A stretch of 63,943 bases of DNA, counting the filler, from Circinaria calcarea (lineage: Eukaryota): NCBI GenBank assembly GCA_051942165.1. It is 46 parts of 46 records of this genome, joined end to end, with 100 filler letters (N's around TTAATTAATTAA, not from the genome) between each part and the next. Parts side by side here need not be neighbours in the genome. Positions count along the whole stretch, not along the records: positions 58,511 to 59,794 come from JAVECS010004981.1; positions 59,895 to 61,177 come from JAVECS010004982.1; positions 61,278 to 62,560 come from JAVECS010004983.1; positions 62,661 to 63,943 come from JAVECS010004984.1; 42 more parts are not named here. One strand, written 5' to 3'. The translations under genes and the position numbers were made by a program. How positions within the stretch are numbered: the stretch's first letter is position 1; every line of letters begins with the position of its first letter. The notes beneath the pieces are model-generated. The model worked only from the letters and a program-made list of their open reading frames with translations, had not been told where the DNA came from and did not search any database. Below, in pieces: positions 58,411-63,943 of this stretch.

Positions 58411-59154
58411 NNNNNNNNNNNNNNNNNNNNNNNNNNNNNNNNNNNNNNNNNNNNTTAATTAATTAANNNNNNNNNNNNNNNNNNNNNNNNNNNNNNNNNN
58501 NNNNNNNNNNCGCCTCCATTCTCCATAAACGCCACCGCCGTCGCCGCGAAGCAACCGAGAACGCCGGTCCGCGTCCCGACATCGAGACTTGGGCCCCCAA
58601 CGGACATTCCGTGCATGATTTTGCCGCCGGGTCCGGCGGTGTGACGGAAACGGAAAAGGGAAAGGGGAGGGAAGGAGAGGTGAGGGTGCAGGAGGAAGGT
58701 GTAGTAGGTATAGGTGGGAATGGGGATGGAAATGGGGATGGGGGTCGGAGGTTGAAAAAGGGCTTGTTTCGGAAATCGCGGGGATGAAGCATCCAATAGC
58801 CATTCGTTACATGTAATGTTTTCATCAAACCAGGGACCAGGGGAATTTGAAACGAAGGGAATGAATTAATTAATTAATGACCATGGGAAATAATTGGGAG
58901 AGGACGGATTTGGCTTTTTTCCACACTCATATCTTGGGAACGGATCTATCCTACATAATATACCCCCTACCCCCACCCCGATGCTCTGTTCTGCTCTTGC
59001 TCTTACCCTGACCTCCCCTCCCCTTTCTTGAACTTTTGGACTTTTGGACTCGGTAACAATACTCCACGACCCTGCCCCTCCCTGAAAAAAAATAGAAATA
59101 GAAAAAGAAAAAACTTCCCTTCACATCAAAAAGTTTCTATAATTTTTTGGAAAA

Positions 59155-59250
59155 GGAAAAAAGGAAAAAAAGAAAAAGAAAAAGAAAAAGAAAAAGAAAA
59201 AGAAAAAGAAAAAGAAAAAGAAAAAGAAAAAGAAAAAGAAAAAGAAAAAG
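59155..59250 (+). repeat. (GAAAAA)n microsatellite
   Basis: Direct tandem hexamer repeat. Confidence 0.92.
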
Positions 59251-62109
59251 GCGGGCAAGGGCAAGGGCAAAGAGAATATAAAATTTCTTTACGAATAGTA
59301 TAACGATCTCACGATTAAGAATCGGTAAATTATATAATAATGTGCCCAATGAGTTCGCATACAGAGTAACGTATAAATTATTGCTCAAAAAATTCTGGTG
59401 TAACATTTCGCGGGAAAACTTTCCTCGCTAAACCAATATGGTACCTCGTGACTTCGGTGTATAGTTCACCCGTACCTGGTAGGGTTCGTAGGGTTCGTAG
59501 GGGTTCTTTGGTGGAGGCTTTTATAGAACTACTTTTCGAGATATTTATTTTACTCCCTGGCTCTACTCCCTACTTACCTACCCTCTAGCTATATTATACT
59601 TATCTCTTATATTTATTTATATTTATAAAAAATAAACTCTCTTCTCTTTCTCCCGGATACTGGGATATGATACTTTTCTTCGCCTTCGCCGCCACGGGAC
59701 TTGAGTGTAGGAGGGGGAAAAAACCTAAAAAAGAAAAATTCTCTTTGCGAAGGGCGCCCCTGCGAGGGTATCTTGGGGATTTATTTTTGGGATTNNNNNN
59801 NNNNNNNNNNNNNNNNNNNNNNNNNNNNNNNNNNNNNNTTAATTAATTAANNNNNNNNNNNNNNNNNNNNNNNNNNNNNNNNNNNNNNNNNNNNGTATAA
59901 CGTTAATCAGGATTATCGTAAATCTGATAAAACAGATTAAAGATCTCTTTTACGGTTTTAAATTAATTTAAGATTTTAGTTTTTATTTTAGGTGCGATAT
60001 GCTTTATTGCGCTCTCGATGCGTACATCGAGCTGCTGCCAGTCGTTCAGGCAGTAGGGATCACGGATTCTTACCTTCACGCGGTATCCGGTGTCAGTACT
60101 CAGCGCTGCAGTTACAGCGCTGAGGAAACCAAAGAGAATCCACCGTGGTGCGCGGGCAAAACGCGTGTCAACCACGCGCGTTGCGACCGTCGCCACACCA
60201 AACCAGAGGATTTTTATTTAAAAACCATCCGACCTTTGACTATCTGACTCGTACTCAGAATCTGATATTGACTCACAATCAGTTGAAATGGTATCGCCTA
60301 GTCAAAGGACAGGACACCTCTGTGCTTGTCATCTTCTGAGCGCGTTATACGCGCGCAGGTGGCGGCGTATATACGACGAGGAGGTGAGAACCATTGTTAT
60401 AGACATTGTACTGATATTTGGCAGAACCTTGTTAAGGCCCTGCGATTCACATGCGGCGAAGGGACCCCGTTAAAGCTCAGGCTACGAGCAACCTCTTCGA
60501 ACGCGTCTCGCAGGAATCCACAGGCAGTCTACAAAAGGAGGATCTTTTGGAACGATCTTATGTTATATAAGAGCATTTATACAACGGGGACACAAGCTTG
60601 GTTAGTAGGCGAGGAGCACGTACGCGGCAGGCATGCGTGATCTACGCGACTCGCCTGCGAGACACGGTCGGCCTGGGTGGGGGAGACCCCTACAGGTAAC
60701 GCGAAACGGAGGATAGCTTGCTATCTGATGCGGGGCGTGGTGTATGATGGCGGCCACTGCGCGGTTGACTAGCCTGCGATGAGACCGTTGATACAGCCCG
60801 AGAGGACGGATGCGCGTGTCGGTATATAAAGAGTCTGGGACAGCTATTCCATTGGTATTGGAAGCCTGCGAGGAGTATGCGTTCTGCATGCGAATCAAAG
60901 CGGTAGCCATTCCTAGCTGGTCGGCCAGAGATATATGCTTAAGGAGCAAACTGCAATTGGAGCGTGGGGGAAGGATTTTCTCCTTGGCCTGAACCCCGAA
61001 GTGCGTATTGTAAGGTGGTCGCGCGCGATGGCGATTACTGAGGATCGTACAGGAAAGCGTGGTAGAGACTTTTCACCTCTACGTTATATTAATTTTAATA
61101 ATATAATACAATTGTTGAGAGCCGAAAAAGAAATCTATTAATATCAAAATAGAAAGACAAATTTGAACAGCTTATATNNNNNNNNNNNNNNNNNNNNNNN
61201 NNNNNNNNNNNNNNNNNNNNNTTAATTAATTAANNNNNNNNNNNNNNNNNNNNNNNNNNNNNNNNNNNNNNNNNNNNCGACAGTGTGGATGAGAGGTCGA
61301 TCAGCCTGGTTTGGACCGTCAAACTAACTCCGAATATTGAGCAGGCACGAAGATATCTAAACGAAAGTAGTAATAGACAGAGCTGGAGTGAGCGCTATTT
61401 ACACATTCGCTGCCGTGATGGAAGATGAATCTGCTGTTCGGGTTCTTCGCAGAGTGTAATGAGCCTGTTTGCCGTTGGACCAACGACGACGTCCCTCGGC
61501 TATGCCGTGCGATCGAACAGGGGTCTGACTCCGTGAATGATAAAATCAGCATCCTTCCCCCGAAGAGACATGGCCTATGAGGCTGTCTCTCGCCAGGCTC
61601 CATAACAGCTCTTACCAATGCCAATTTATAGCAGAAAGACGTTCACAACCAGATCTCAATAGTCATATAAGCCAAGCCGCTACAGATATCATCTCAAACG
61701 GCTCCCCAGTCACACCGCGACGTGAACCCTTTCTGCCCATGCATGCAGCACAGACCTCTTCTACCTGGACCTGCGCAACACTAGCCCCTGTTCTGATCAC
61801 TACCTTATCTGAGAAGAGTCCACTCTCCCTTCTCGCCACAGGCTTCAAATCTACATGGAGAATGATGCGTCCGCACAGAGTACAGCGTACATCACCACTT
61901 AGCATCTTCTAGTTTGACCCCTGGTTTTACAACGTGATAACCGTCGGCTTCATTGGAGATATAAGCATTCACGCATCTTGCTTTGAACTCTACGTGGCAA
62001 GAGTACATTAGGATGACAGTATTCTTTTCACGATTCACCTTTCCACATGATATGATGCTCCACTGCTACAATGCCAGGGAACCTGGCGGGGGGGGGGGGG
62101 GGATATCTT

Positions 62110-62560
62110 CTACCGGTCTTCGATCTTATCAACCTCCTCCTTCGCCTCCCGCCATGTCTCCAGGTTTTTCTTGGCCCAATCAATGTGGCATTTTGCATAG
62201 GCAACCTTGCTTTCCATTAGCTCGAAAGTGCTTCGGAGTGAGGGATGACGTACCATATAGCGCTTGAGGTCCTCCTCTTTCTCCAGCTGGAATCTCTTGA
62301 GGTCCTTGAGGACACCTGCGCTGGCGTCTTTGACATCTTTCTCCGAGACCTCTAGGGCTTGCTCAAGCTACCGACCCGTTAGCCGAAGATCCAGAAAAGG
62401 AGTTGGACATCATGTAGGCTACCTGTACAAGGCTCTCTCTTATTTTGCCTATCTGATCACGTCTGGTACGCTCGGGGTCTACATCCACAATGCCATGCAC
62501 AGCATGGCTTATCCTGCCAAAGATCTTATTGGTAACAAAGCCTCCACTCTGACTTTTTCT
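62110..62560 (-). CDS. Sorting nexin Snx41/Atg20, C-terminal BAR region (not in ORF track; two introns)
   Basis: Spliced NKIFGRISHAVHGIVDVDPERTRRDQIGKIRESLVQLEQALEVSEKDVKDASAGVLKDLKRFQLEKEEDLKRYMVAYAKCHIDWAKKNLETWREAKEEVDKI. Confidence 0.85.
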
Positions 62561-62660
62561 NNNNNNNNNNNNNNNNNNNNNNNNNNNNNNNNNNNNNNNN
62601 NNNNTTAATTAATTAANNNNNNNNNNNNNNNNNNNNNNNNNNNNNNNNNNNNNNNNNNNN

Positions 62661-63631
62661 CTTTCCCTTGAATGAGATGCTCAAGCTGTTCGAGGACAAG
62701 GACGCAGAGGCAGTTATATTGGGCACAAGAGTGAGCAACGAGGCAGCCACCAATTTCGGGTGCATCGTTTCGGATGCGCATACAAAAAGGGTTCTTCACT
62801 ATGTCGAGAAGCCCGAGTCACACATATCGAATTTAATCAACTGCGGTGTCTATCTGTTTGCAACGGAGACAATTTTCCCGTCGATCAGATCTGCCATCAA
62901 GCGACGAACTGACAGACCTCGCCTCGTATCATACCCGTCGGCAGAAAACCTCGAAAGCGTCTTCTTTGCAAATCAGCCCGAGGATGGTGAGAAGAACGAG
63001 ATCCTCAGGCTGGAACAGGATATCCTATCAGATCTGGCCGATAACAAGCAGTTTTATGTTCTCGAAACTAAAGATTTCTGGCGCCAGATCAAGACGGCAG
63101 GGTCTGCTATTCCAGCAAATGCTCTGTATCTACAAAAGGCTTTTCAATCACAATCGGACGAGCTAGCTGCTCCGTCAGCCAACATACTCCCTCCGGTGTT
63201 CATCCATCCTACGGCAGAGGTTGACCCAACCGCAAAGTTGGGTCCAAATGTATCAATTGGTCCTCGTGCAGTCATTGGTGCAGGAGTCCGTATCAAGGAA
63301 TCCATTGTACTAGAAGACGTAGAGATCAAGCATGACGCATGTGTGCTTTACTCGATCATCGGCTGGGGCGGTCGCGTTGGAGCGTGGGCTCGAGTGGAGG
63401 GTACGCCCACGCCAGTCGGAAGCCACACTACCAGTATTATCAAGAACGGTGTCAAAGTGCAGAGCATCACTATTCTGGGGAAGGATTGTGGAGTTGGGGA
63501 TGAAGTCCGGGTGCAAAACTGTGTCTGCTTGCCAAATAAGGAGCTGAAGCGCGTACGTCTTAGTGAACATCACATACCGTTCTAATACGCTGACAATGTT
63601 ACAGGATGTTGCGAATGAAGTCATAATGTGA
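62661..63631 (+). CDS. Mannose-1-phosphate guanylyltransferase alpha-type subunit (GMPPA-like), 5' truncated
   Basis: VLHYVEKPESHISNLINCGVYLF, LRLEQDIL, FWRQIKTAGSA, hexapeptide repeats; last intron 63553-63604 then DVANEVIM*. Confidence 0.93.
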
Positions 63632-63943
63632 GTGACATTGGAAAAGTGAGACGTATTAGGGAGAAGAATGTGTTGCATTTAGCGTGGTTTGATGCAGAGA
63701 GGTTTAAATGACTTGGCGGCATTTTGAAATTGAGAATAGTCCTAGTACTACAGCAGAGATTTGCCAAAAGTATCGCTTTACTGCTTGGACTTCAGAAATG
63801 GTATCTTCAAATCGTCCAATTCACCTTTCGCATTCTCTACCCTAATCAAGACTCGCCTAATCATCCCAATATAAATAATCCTTCGCCCTCCAAATCCCGA
63901 AAATAAACCATGTCAGCTCCACCCTCACCACCATCTACATCCC

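Noticed and set aside
59028..59406. (KE)n and (FL)n ORFs
   Set aside because: Products of the (GAAAAA)n microsatellite
59895..61177. Contig with several short overlapping ORFs, possibly a decayed gene or TE
   Set aside because: No recognisable motif in any frame and no terminal repeats found
1303..62660. Regularly spaced TTAATTAATTAA motif that could be mistaken for a CRISPR-like or genomic repeat array
   Set aside because: Always centred in N44 padding; it is an assembly linker

Overview
This window is not one locus. It is a pseudo-scaffold of 46 unrelated contigs of about 1.28-1.30 kb, ordered by decreasing length and joined by an artificial 100-bp linker (N44-TTAATTAATTAA-N44, stops in all six frames). 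Content is mostly filamentous ascomycete (Pezizomycotina) nuclear DNA, possibly from more than one genome. It holds intron-containing gene fragments (Ypt1/Rab1, CRC1, GMPPA, Cdc123, Cwc21, XLF, Nse1, Vtc4, Chs4, UBR7/Mlo2, Snx41/Atg20, acid trehalase, MFS and APC transporters, a Zn2Cys6 factor, a 2OG-Fe(II) oxygenase). It also holds one mitochondrial-type contig (code-4 ORF plus trnC), RIP-degraded AT-rich DNA, LTR retroelement pieces and several MITE families. Most notable: (1) the ypt1 first intron reads as a spliceosomal twin intron nested in the donor between nt 3 and 4 ([D3,4]), and the same gene has a GC-AG intron; (2) two CAC-terminated MITEs with 5-bp TSDs (Transib-like signature) are nested in a TA-flanked MITE; (3) a probable DUF3435 Starship-captain 5' end lies next to a RIP boundary, preceded by twin GGAGCC-N6-GGCTCC palindromes; (4) a 329-codon unidentified ORF is open only in genetic code 4. 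Gene adjacency across linkers has no biological meaning.
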